This document shows positions 21,419-33,000 of a stretch of DNA of 64,000 nt, one piece after another (the stretch's first letter is position 1; the number at the start of each line of letters is the position of its first letter). Under the pieces are notes generated by a model. The model searched no databases, had not been told where the DNA came from, and was given only the letters and a program-made list of their open reading frames with translations. A program made the position numbers and the translations under genes. The stretch spans positions 2,330,689-2,394,688 of the forward strand of contig JAUPSS010000007.1 in NCBI GenBank assembly GCA_040285825.1. Reading direction: 5' to 3'. This DNA comes from Eukaryota sp. TZLM1-RC. Its lineage: Eukaryota > Protista > Metamonada: BaSk clade.

Positions 21419-23250
21419 TTACACCTTTTTCTTTGAACCTTTGTCAACCTTGGCTCTCTGCAGGTATTCCGGTCTTTCTCCACCTTTTACATGTGCTTAA
21501 ATCACTGCCAACATATTTAGCGAAGCATTTCGATCTCTATTTCACAAACTTTCGCATGATTTACACATGGTAAGCCATTGACGAATAGACATCTCATGCC
21601 TCTTTCATGGCCTAGGATTTCTGCATCATCGGAATGTTTCAACTGTTTTCTCCGCTTTCTCACAGTTGAAACAACAGCAACTGGTTCGAAACTCATCAAT
21701 TAAAAAGACCTTATAACCAGCCTTTTTAAATAAAATTCCCAAACCTTTTCCTTTGGTAGGTTCTTTGAATTTCATGAGTTTTCGTTGTTCCCAGTCTCCG
21801 ATTCCAGTAATTACTTGGCTGGGATAACCAATTACTGATTTGAATCTCTGGATCATCTTCGCCTCAGATCTTGTGCGATTAATCTCAGCCCACCATCTTA
21901 GTTTCCTAAATATTTTTTGATGATAGACTTCACCAACAATACTATTCACAAAATTCTTTTGTTTAATATATGCCATAAATCTATCAAACCTACAGCTTTT
22001 GGAATTGAATTGGGATAATGTTGCTTCCCATTCTACTACAGATTTAGTTTTTTTGTTCATAATTTCTCAAATTGAATGAGTAATCAATTTCGTGGGGAAT
22101 ATTGATTTCTTGAGGTACTTCACCTCTTAATAAACTAATTGTTCTTTCAGTCATTTGATTAACTATACTGCTGTTTAAATCCATCCTTTGTTGCTGCTCT
22201 TCGGATGGTTCATAATTGGATAGATCAATCACTCTACCAGTAGAGTTACTTATTGTGATAAGAGTGTCATTCCATATGCTGTCTCTTATTCTTTTGAATT
22301 TGGAACTTTTCGACTCAAATCTTCGTTGATTTTGAGTGTACCTAAAATGAACATATTTATCTCTCTCAGGTTTTTCTGAATGAGTCATTCCAGTAGCTAA
22401 ATTGGCAGAAAAATAGAGTAGATCAGATTTCCCTGGATCAGCAGCAGCAAGGGTCATATATTGGAATTCAGAAGGATCGATGCTGGGGTCATCAATATAT
22501 TTTTCTTTATCTTTCAATTCTTTTGCAGTTACTTTGTACTTTTTCAAGTCCATTCTAGATTGAATGAAACTTACTGTTATTCCTTAAGTCTCGATCCTAG
22601 ACATGATGTACTTTGAATTGTCTGAATAAAGTTTAGTGTTTTTAATCTTATCAATTTTCAAAAAGGTATTCCATAAAACCAAATCAGCAGCTTGATTGTT
22701 GCAATGGTAGGACGATTTTGGACAAAGCACGTCCTTGAATCTGACAAAGAACAAGTCCAATAAACTTGTCTTGTCAATTCTGATATACGAGGGAATACAA
22801 GAATTCTTCAAAGGCAAAGCATGAAAAAGTTTCCTCTCCTCATTTTCTAATTAATTATTTATATAAAACATTGCCCTCAAATACAAATTTGATTTCGACC
22901 AAAAATCAAATTTTGAATACTTTTCCCTTTTGGAATTACTAGGAAGTAAAAAGGGTTCCGGACATTAATGAAAAGCGAAGTAATAGATGAGACTTTGTTT
23001 CTCATTGCAGAAGTTTCGCCATCAACATCTCTACATCCTTCTAGAAGGAGAGATTTAACTTTGCTGATGAATAATGAGAAGTTTTTTTATCTTGCTGTTT
23101 CAGGACATTGTTGTTTCTCCTAACATCATAAACAACATCGACAAACCGATTCAAGTAATCAAAGTAATGCTCCCGGATGTTATTTTTAAAATTTGACAAT
23201 CAGTTTGTCAATTGTGTAATACTGATGCCGCTAGGCAGATGAACACACGA
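21325..23250 (-). mobile_element. Fanzor1 element, family A copy 2; pseudogenised
   Basis: NNIREHYFDYLNRFV, YLRAMFYI..KLFHALPLKN..IRID, AAADPGKSDLL, IGDW, IDEFRTSCCCFNC; highly similar to 11968-13301; ends at the kinase ATG (21324). Confidence 0.9.
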
Positions 23251-23799
23251 AGGAGAGAGAGAAATCTGAGTTTATTAATAAAACTGATTCATAAATGAGT
23301 ATCACGTCATCAGTCGAAATACAAAGAAACCTACTAATTCAATTTGAGTTCAACTACAACAATACAAAATATTACTTATTCCCTTTTGAAACAAGTTTTT
23401 CTTTAAATTGTGATAGAATTCCAACATTGATGCAAAACGAGAATTTTGAAATGCTGTTTTTGTCTTTGGGTTAAGGGAACTTTCCTCACACTGTGCTTTA
23501 CAAAATCATTATGGAACTCCAAAAATGCAACAAGATTCACTGTAATAAAAAGCTATAACTTAAGACAAATATGGAGGCCTCTCACCAACACTATCCTCTA
23601 CAGAATAATCTACTAGCTCCTTGATGCTGATGTGTTAATTTTTTATTTGTTAATTTATTATTAGATTAAATCACAAATACTACAGATGGAGCACTTTCAA
23701 CTGCATCAATTACTCTAAAATTAATGTTTCTAGTCCAAAGATAAATTTTCAGTCCCATAACACCCAAATTTTATGCTGAACCAAAAAATAAACAAAATT

Positions 23800-24260
23800 A
23801 CCAATTTTTGGTAATCATTCAAAAAATTTCGTGCTTCTACTGATAGTCTTCCGTTTATAGACAATGGGAAATCAATTAAAGAAAAAAAAGCAAATAAAAA
23901 GCAAGTTCTACCAGCTTTAACTTCTTCGATATCTTTCTAATATTATGTTTTTCATTTGATTTGTATTGATGAGCACTCACAGGATTAAGTTTTCTTTTTT
24001 GAACGAAGGTGTCAATTGCAACATTACATGAGACAAAATGAACAATAACTTCAGAGTTCTCAATCCAATCACAGTATACATCATCTCTATTATTGGAACC
24101 AATTTGTTTATTGACACGGTGTCTCTAAGCAAAGGCGGGTCAATACATGAGATTCTTGCATTTCTTGCCAGATAAAAAACAGTGTCCCGGACAAAATCAT
24201 GTAATGAAGAACGATAAGTTATCAATTTGCAGCAATTGAAAGCATTTGACGTGATGTGCG
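23800..24260 (-). mobile_element. CRE-like retrotransposon 3' fragment (family of 54748-58050)
   Basis: NCCKLITYRSSLHDFVRDTVFYLARNARISCI. Confidence 0.8.
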
Positions 24261-25375
24261 CTGTGAGCAACAAATGATCAATAAATGCAATTCCACCTAT
24301 AAAGGTTAATGAAAAGATGACTGATATGAGAAAACAAAGGTTGAAAGCATCAACAAAATGGGTGATGAAAAGCAATTAAAATATAATCAACCAACTAGTT
24401 TTGATCATTTCTGATTTAGTTTTTGTCATTTTTGTTTTGTAATTTTCGTCAAAGATGAATTTTTCAGCAAAGTTGCATTGCTTCCTGTTGCATTAAACTA
24501 TGAATCTATTTTGGAATTCCCTGTTTAGTGTAATAATATTTACAATTTTGCAGCGGCGGAAGAATTTTTGTTATGTTTTGTACAATTTTTATTCAATGAT
24601 AAAACAGATGCTATGGCTGACTTCTCAATATTCAAAAATTTAATCTACCCGTGATTCACAACCGAACAACATTTTCCTCCAATTCAATTCAATTAATTTC
24701 AATTCAGGTAATAGAATCAATAATATTAAATTTTGTAGTCGTTACAACTTAGCATGTTTCAACATTAAAAAAATTGTAGACTATTTTGTAGATAATGACT
24801 ATTTGAAAAAATGGGTCATGTTGATAGCCCTCCAACTTTGTTTTGTTTATACTTTTAGGTTGATTACCGTTTACAACAGTGCATTTGCAGCAATTGTTTT
24901 TCAACTTTATTTTTGAAAGTCCATTAAACGAGCTTTATTGATCCAAGTCCTCCTCTACAAATTCTTTACTGAACAACTTCCTTTCAACTGTATTTTCTGA
25001 GTGGATTGAAACCGTGTACAGAACGTGTAATGAATGAGCATGTTTTGTGCAAAAATAGCATGGACAAATCAAATTGTGATTTTGATGTGAAGCAAATGGA
25101 ATTGAAAACAAGCTCTTTTGTAATTTGAAGTATCTTTATTCTGAAATACCTTGTATACAATACTATTCAGCTGGATTCAGTAACTAGAACATTTTCTTTA
25201 ACAACAAGCAGCGCAAGCATACTCTTCACTAGGTTAAAAAACGCCACTATTTAAAGTTATTATCAATAAAAAGCTCGAAAAAAACATTATTCCAGCATAA
25301 CAATAAACAAAATGAGGAATAATGAAAAAAGCTAAATAAAAGAGAAAGCACTCTCAAAAGTAAATGTAATAAAAT

Positions 25376-27955
25376 TCAAACATAATCAGTAACAATTTCA
25401 CTACCAGAACCCTTAATTAATAAAACCTGCTTAATTCCGTCCACAAGAGCTTGCAAATACTTTGAATAAAGTTCGAATTCTTGATCAAAAGCATCCAAAT
25501 GAGGTAAGTTGATTATTATAAAGTCATCTGGACGAGCATGGGCTTTGATCATTTGGTTAATGTAACAAGCGCTTGCAACAGTTGAAACAGTATCTTTTGG
25601 CGCCAATCCACTACAGAGCCTTGATGATTCAATAACCATATCTGCTTGTCTTTCCTTTGCAATCTCCAATTGTTTAAGTAATTCAGCTCTTTCTTCTAAT
25701 AACAATGTTCTATTTATATCATAAGGCGTTGACTCACTTAGTTCTAAAACTCTAACAATAGCTTTAAGTCTGAAAGATTCAAGAAGACGCTCAATATCAG
25801 TCTTCATTTTGACACTATTGTCAGTTGAAGTAGCAAACGTGTATAACCTGACGACTGCATTCTTGTAATAAGGGTGTTTTTTCATTAAATGAAACATCAT
25901 CAAGAGCATGCAGCTATCGTAAATAAGCCAAAAGACAGCAATTTCAAACTCGAATTGCCCAGTTTGGGTAACAAAAAAGTTGTTGTAATAATTTTCGGAA
26001 CCTTTAAAAGCCAAGACAGACTGATTAAGTGAAGAAGCAATAGAAATCTTTTTCACAATGTCAAGTTCTTTTGCATCCTTATTGTCAAAAGAAAAAAACA
26101 CACAATTAGAAGAAAGGGGACCAATTCCACAAGATTGAAGTAAGACGGGTAATGCAGAAACTTCAGATTCTGCTACCACAACATTAGGAAAAGAACCGAT
26201 GTTAAAGTAATCTCCTTGTTTAATTAAAGTTTGATGCAAGGTTTTAACAATTGATTCCTCCTGTACAACTGAAACAAGCATGTTTAAGCCTGCTCCTCCT
26301 CTTGAAATGTGCTTCATGAAAAGTAATAGTCCCTTTTCTGAAGCAGGAATATCATCACCTTTGGGGTTTGAATTAACTAAGATCATAGCATGAGGTCTCC
26401 AATTCTTAACGTGAATATCATCAACCGTTTCCTTTCTAATGCTCAATAATAAGTTCTTTGCAAATTGTAAGTAGAGTCCCTTTAAACTATCCCCCCAATG
26501 CTGCTGAACTCCTCTTGCATTGATATAGGCGATTAAAAGGATTGAAATCAAAATAACAATTGTGGTGAGTGCAAAAGAAAAAGAAAACATTATAAAAACA
26601 CACAAGAAAGTTCCCAAAATGCAAGTAAATGAAGAAAAAAACTTAAACTTTGGTCTAAAACTTGGTGGTTTTAAAATAGATAGAGTTGCTGCTGAAAGAT
26701 TAATAGAGAAATAGCAGAGAACAAAAGCCATTGTGGCAAAGGGGGCAGTCTTATCGATTTCTCTCAACATTACGGCACTAGAAACAATAAACAAAGTAAA
26801 TATTAATGCTATCCTAGGCTCTCCTCTCTTATCAGCCCTATCGAAAATATTCAAAAAAGGGATAGTTTTGTCCTGAGCAACAGCCCACAACAACCTTGGA
26901 GCTGAACTTAAAGCTTGAAGAGCACTGCCAAAGCTAGCAAAGATAATGCCAAACTTCACTAAAGAAGGAGAAGGGAAAGCAACATCAGAAAGAACCAATC
27001 TTTCATTAATCAAGAGTTCCCTTGGAAGAAAAGTTCCAGATAATAAAATAAAACAAAGATTGACTGTACCAGTAACCAAAACTGCACTTATTGTACCAGT
27101 GGGGATGTTCTTGGCTGGATCTTTCAAGGTGTCACTCTTAGTAGAGCCAACCAGCATATCTGTGAAAGCTGGAAACAAAATGGCCAATAGACCAAAAAAA
27201 GAGTAAGTTGAATAAGATGAATGGGGTGACCAATTAGACTGAATATTGGAGAGAGAAAAGGGTAAAAGAGGTTCTGAAGGAAAAACAAAACCAAAAAGAA
27301 TGCTAGCAACCGAATATAAAACCATTGCGAGGAAAAAAGGAGCCAAGAGTGAAACAAATTTAATTCCAATGAAACAAAAAACTGCGATTATAATTAAAAG
27401 ACCTAAACCAGTTATTCGAACACTCTGGGGTCCCAAGAATGAAAGATCAAATTCTAAACCATCGGTCAAGTATTCAACTATACCAAGCAAATCTAACGCA
27501 CAAGAAAAAACGTTTGCCAGATAAAACATCAGCCCAACTGCACTTCCAATGGATGAGCCAAGTGTTCTAGAAATGACATAATAAGCACCACCTTTTCCCT
27601 TCATTTTACCATAAGTTACAATTGAGCACATGGAGAGAGCAGTCATGAAGGTTGTGGTTAAGGCGAGTAAGATCATAATAGATGCAAAACGGATTCCAGC
27701 AACACCCGTAGCCCATGAGAAACGTGTAAAGAGAATTACACCAAAGATATTACCAGCAGAAGGTGTGAAAACGCCAGCAAATGTTCCTAAACCGGAAGAA
27801 CTACTAGTGGGTTCTACATTGGCTAAAAATCGCTCTGATGCATAGAAGGAAAGTGAATTTCTAGCGTGGGAATCCACAGATATTGAATCACGAAGATTGA
27901 CAATGACATCAGAAGCATCCTGTGAATTTGGAGGTGGTGGAGATTCAGATGTCAT
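25376..27955 (-). CDS. SLC12 cation-chloride cotransporter, copy A (859 aa)
   Basis: LGTFAGVF, IFGVILF.R, GGAYYVISRTLG, LKDPAKNIPTGT, SAPRLL, FRPKFK, KNWRP; start MTSES at 27955 by comparison with copy B. Confidence 0.95.
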   Translation of the reverse strand: MTSESPPPPNSQDASDVIVNLRDSISVDSHARNSLSFYASERFLANVEPTSSSSGLGTFAGVFTPSAGNIFGVILFTRFSWATGVAGIRFASIMILLALTTTFMTALSMCSIVTYGKMKGKGGAYYVISRTLGSSIGSAVGLMFYLANVFSCALDLLGIVEYLTDGLEFDLSFLGPQSVRITGLGLLIIIAVFCFIGIKFVSLLAPFFLAMVLYSVASILFGFVFPSEPLLPFSLSNIQSNWSPHSSYSTYSFFGLLAILFPAFTDMLVGSTKSDTLKDPAKNIPTGTISAVLVTGTVNLCFILLSGTFLPRELLINERLVLSDVAFPSPSLVKFGIIFASFGSALQALSSAPRLLWAVAQDKTIPFLNIFDRADKRGEPRIALIFTLFIVSSAVMLREIDKTAPFATMAFVLCYFSINLSAATLSILKPPSFRPKFKFFSSFTCILGTFLCVFIMFSFSFALTTIVILISILLIAYINARGVQQHWGDSLKGLYLQFAKNLLLSIRKETVDDIHVKNWRPHAMILVNSNPKGDDIPASEKGLLLFMKHISRGGAGLNMLVSVVQEESIVKTLHQTLIKQGDYFNIGSFPNVVVAESEVSALPVLLQSCGIGPLSSNCVFFSFDNKDAKELDIVKKISIASSLNQSVLAFKGSENYYNNFFVTQTGQFEFEIAVFWLIYDSCMLLMMFHLMKKHPYYKNAVVRLYTFATSTDNSVKMKTDIERLLESFRLKAIVRVLELSESTPYDINRTLLLEERAELLKQLEIAKERQADMVIESSRLCSGLAPKDTVSTVASACYINQMIKAHARPDDFIIINLPHLDAFDQEFELYSKYLQALVDGIKQVLLIKGSGSEIVTDYV

Positions 27956-28048
27956 TTGATTTGGAAATGATATTAATAAAGAATTGGGAGAACCCAATAA
28001 TTATTTTAATTTTATTCAACAACACATATGAAAACATAAAATACACAA

Positions 28049-29140
28049 TTAATACTCCACATCCTCAAAACCTGTCTCCCCTACTTCAAAACAATTAATT
28101 GCTAAAGATTCAGAAAATTTCCCAAAAGAAAAGAGTGAATCAGAAATTAGTTTAACCATTCCCTTGAAAATAAAAAATACAATCCTGTTTTGCATGTAAA
28201 CACGATTGAAAATTCTTCCAGTTCTTTCCTTTACAACTACAACAAAATTCTCCAGGAAAGCCATAGCAGCCTTACCTGGAGATCCAAACAAAGAAAAAAC
28301 AAAGGTACATAAATTATATTGGGCATGAGAATTTTCATTAACTGAGTAAATGGGTTCCCCATATTTAGCAATTTTATATTTTTCGCCAGCAAGAAGAGGA
28401 TTATTTACATCTGAGTTAATGAAATGTTCAGAAGAAGAATTACAAGGGTCAATAGACATGGCGTCTAAAATAGTAAAACTACCATTTAAGCCGGGAACAA
28501 CCAGACCACTTCTTGTCAGACCCATAGAAGCTCTGTTGTAACGCGTACTATCAATATTGGGGTCATCAAAAATTAATTTTGATAACAACGACTCTAAAAA
28601 GGAATCTACTCGATATGATTTGCACATTACATAAATTTGGTCCCTGACATTATTATTCACTTTACTTCTAAATGTTATGAAATGTTTACAGTTCAAAAGA
28701 TGAGTAAACAAAAGAGGTTTACCACATTTACAAGTTAAATGGTATGGCAAATTGTTTGGCCACAGAAAACAACGAAAACGCATCTTTTAAAGCCATTCAT
28801 TGTTTTTAACAAACGTCCATAAACAGAGGGAATTTGAGTTACTAAAGCAGCAGCAGAGCTATCACGAATATCCTTTAAAAAATTACCGAAAGCGGGTTTT
28901 TTAGTTTTGGCCAAGCCAAGTCTTACTTCATAATCCAAGCCTTCATATAATTTAACCAGATGGTGCTGAAGCTTTTTCAGGCAAAAACGTAAATTTGGAA
29001 GTGATCGGATGGGAATTTCTTGAACATTTTTAGGAAAACACTGAATCCAGATATCACTAGGCAACTTATCTAATTCAATTTGAAGTTGATTCAAATAAAA
29101 ATTTGATTCACAATGGATCACATGAACATCATAAGGAAAC
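28049..29140 (-). mobile_element. Decayed RLE non-LTR retrotransposon 3' part
   Basis: MRFRCFLWP..CKCG..HLLNC..RDQIY..KIAKY..FVFSLFG; ends FEDVEY. Confidence 0.85.
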
Positions 29141-29319
29141 CCAATAATTGTTTTTTTTGTTTTTTGAAAATCCAATTTCTTCATTTGAAATTTCCAAACC
29201 AATTTCAAAATTACCAAAACCAAGAGCTGCAGGCCGATCTGGAAATTCTTTTGATTTATTGAAATTAGCGTGTTCTAGTGCCCTGAAATCGCTGATAACC
29301 ATGCAAATTATTTTCAGCA

Positions 29320-29590
29320 ATTAATTGTTGTGAATATTGACCCTCCACTTGAATTACTAGCTGCACGTTTGATTGGTCAAAAAGGGCCAAGTGACGGAGC
29401 TAAACCAAGTGACTCACGTGCCATTGCCGTTGGAGAATCCTTACCTCGTTTGTTGGCTTCAATTGTTTGATCGTGTCAAAGACAAAGCTTCTAAATTTTT
29501 AAATCCTCATCAATTAAAAATAAAAACAACTGAAGGTGCTGCTCTTGCTTTTGACACTTTATCCATTCAGAAAATAACAATATTATTCTA
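29320..29590 (+). mobile_element. Reverse transcriptase N-terminal fragment of a CRE-like element
   Basis: Frameshifted AARLI..DSRAIAVGESLPRLLAS..KFLNPHQ..EGA. Confidence 0.7.
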
Positions 29591-30079
29591 TTTTTAATTA
29601 AATCTAATTTCTTTGAGCTTTCCAGTTTCCTCTCTTTCTTTTAATGATAACATTCAATATGAAATATTATTTCGATGGCAACAATGCACAAAGCACAAAC
29701 ATGAAGTTGAGCACAATCCACCAGCGAGACACGAGACCCCTCGTTGAAATCCATTGAACAATGTGGACATGATAACATTGTGATCAAATAGAGAATTGCA
29801 AAGTCTGGATGATAATATTGAAGGGTGTTGTGAAGTACTTCATTGAATGACCAGCCTCAAACTGTGGCAATGTGTAGTAAATGATCAACATTGGATTCTT
29901 CCATATCAGCAGCATAATAACAGCAAAGACCGTTGATACAACTCCTTCAATATTATTAATTCCGTTTAGGAAAGCTAAGTTGCCTTTGTAGATTCTTTGA
30001 ATAAACTTAAACAATAGGAAATAAACCATTAATTTATTTAATATACAATTTAATTTCTCTAAAATAATAATACAAAAAA

Positions 30080-33000
30080 CTAACTCAATAACAACGCCGT
30101 TCCTGCAAGCCTCCACTTAGAAGCTGGAGCTCTGGTACGAAGGTAAAACGTCCAAACAAAAGTAGGACCCCTAATGGATGTTGAATAGACAGGACACTCG
30201 AAAAATTCCTTTGTATTTTGGGTTCGTTTATCCAAGGTCGTCGCCTTTAAATAAAACACTGGAACTTCATCCAAAAGTACCTGGGGTTCTGATTCAGCGA
30301 GACAACCAGCTTGAACATCCCATCTTGCTCCTTCTAATGAAAGACCATGAATATAGGCTCCTTCACGAGGAGGAGCAGTAATATCTGAAACTTTCTTCTT
30401 TGTAACTTCAGTTTGAATAACCATTTTATCCAATGGCCATCCGTTCTTTCTTGCAGTTACCTGCATGACAGCAGTCAAAAATGATTGGGGGTTAAAAAGA
30501 CCAGGAAGCCATAACACAGGAGGGAGAGCAGTGATATTAATACTCCATTCTTGTAATTGTTTATGTCTTTCAAGCAGATCCAAAAACCATTCTTGAAGTG
30601 GTTTGAGCGAAGGATAAGCAACTGCGGCAAAGTTATTAGGAACTCTGTTAACGAATAGAGAATCAATAATAGAATCCATTTTTTCAGATATTGTTAAATC
30701 ACCAGCTAAACCTAAAGAAACTTCCTTGAGTGATCTACGGATTTCAGATATCAAAGTGTTCATTCGATCACATTCTTGAAGGCAAACCGAAACAAACGGC
30801 GTCAAACTTTCAACTCTACCATAGAGATCAACCATATCAAACTCAGGAGGCAATTTTTCAAGAATGTCTTCCAAAACTTCTTTAACTTTATCTTCTCTCG
30901 AAATGCCACTCGCTGATAATGCTTGGCGGGGCTGAAGCTCAAGAATGGTATCAAACAAGTTATTAGTGAGTTCTGTAAGGTATCTAATTTCTGCATTTGC
31001 ATGAAGACCAAACAATTCAGGGGTTTCGGCTGGCATTTGATTGAGATAATCTACATAAAATTCATAGGAAGAAGCTGGAGGTGCAGGGAAGCCAGGTGCC
31101 AAAAGCATTTCTTCGAATAAATCTTCCTTCATTAATACCTCTAAATAAGTCTGGCAAAGAGTTCGATCCCAATCATCAGAGATATGTCCACCATACATAA
31201 TTTCACCAAAGATGTACTTAATGTCGGCCCAAGGGATTTGAAGATTCCCTTCTAGCTGATTATACAAAACATCTGCACAAACAGTCAAATCACCGAGATT
31301 AAAAGGATAGGGACGGTTCCAGCCCAGAGGACCAAATTTTCTACGTTCAAGAATGACTCCGTGGAAGAAGCAAAGTGCAAATAAAATAGACTTGAATTCA
31401 TTTGCTTTTGAACATTTTTCAAAGAATTCCGAATCAAAGCAGTCCAAAGCTCGTCTCATAATGGCTTTAACACCTGAGGGAGGTTCATTAGTCACCTTAA
31501 TACAGTTTTGGAGAATCCCAGGACTGATTGCAGCTGGTTCAGCCGTTAAAAAGATCCTAAATTCAGGGTGTGATGGAGTTTCAGATTCCCGCATTGTCTC
31601 CATTAGTTTTTCAAGAGTAGGTAACCATTTAAGCACCAAATGAAGATTCTCAAGCATGACCCAAGATCCATTCTTAAATCCTTCTTCTAGAGCAGCCTCG
31701 GCAAAAGGTGTTTGGCCTTGACCAAGAGAAATGACATTAAAAGTTTTATCATCAATAAGTTTTCCTTTAGCTTTCCCCAAAGTTTCAACTTGTTTCACAG
31801 GATCTACACCAGGAGAGAGGATAAAGAAGATAGGGACATCAGGAGACATTTCTTCATAGGTGGTTTCCAGAGAATATGGCAAAGAGTCGACATACTTTGA
31901 TCCGATAGCATTAGCCACATACTCTCTTAGAGTGTACGTAATTCTATCTGGTCGCATTGCCCTCAATATCATGAGCTTTTGGAATTCTGTCTTTTTTGAA
32001 TAATCTTGAGGTAATCTTTGATGTTCAGGCGCTCCAGATTTGAACCATTCTTTCCATCTTTTCGATCCACTTTCAATGTCACTAGGAAGTCTTCTAAAGT
32101 CATCAAAGACGGAAAGACCGACAACAGCAGCCCAAGCTTGGTCGTCAAGCCAAGAGAGAGGGTTTGGTTTGGAGAAATCCTTTGTGCCGCGAACCAAAAA
32201 GTCTAATTCATCACTCTGAATTTGGCCTTTTCTTAATTGAATCTTAAAGCAAAGTTGAGAAGAGAGAATTAGCTTGTGTCTTTCAAACAAGCCCCTCGAT
32301 GCATACGCAAAGACTGCAAACGTGATTGAATCAATCAAATCTGATACCCTTTTATTTATATCTTCTGATTTCTCAGTTCTGTCAATAGCGACGTAAAAAG
32401 TGTTGACAAAAGCACGTAGTGAGAATTGGTACATTCTGTCGACAATTGCTAAATCATTAAGCAAAAAGTACAGCATAGAAGAACGCTCAGCAACTGGACG
32501 GTAAACTTCGCGAGTGGCGTTGATGTTTTCTTCAGTGATCTTAGCTGCCTTGACCTTTTCCTCGATTTCTAAGGAAGTTTCCTTTGTTTTCTCCAGATTA
32601 GTTATTAAAGTAATATTAGCAAGAATGTCCCCTTCAGAAGTAGAAAGCATTTGTAAGAGTGAATCTTCAAGTTCTTTGAGTGTGATTTTAAACTCATTTT
32701 GCTGTCTAATGAGAGCCGCTTTCTGTTCTTCTAGCTCGGGTCTTTCTTTCTGGACAACTTCAGCCAGTAATTGTTCCTCAAGTCCATCTTCTGTAACAAT
32801 AAAGTTAATTAAAGTGGTTTGTGCTTGTAGCTCTGGCCTATAATGCGGGTTAGATAGTTTAGTTTGAATAAACAATCTGAAATTGGAATCATACTCAACT
32901 TCCTTATCCCCAATTTTGATATAGTTAACCCTACCTTTTCTGGTAATATTGCGTTGAATGATAGGATCCAAAACTGCATCCAACTCCTCTCCAATGTTCT

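Noticed and set aside
27956-27997. 14-aa extension of SLC12 copy A
   Set aside because: Non-ATG start and absent from copy B
29640-29960. Minus-strand MLSCPHCSMDFNEGSRV..C..H.C..C, RING-finger-like remnant
   Set aside because: Short, interrupted and incomplete; at best a pseudogene fragment
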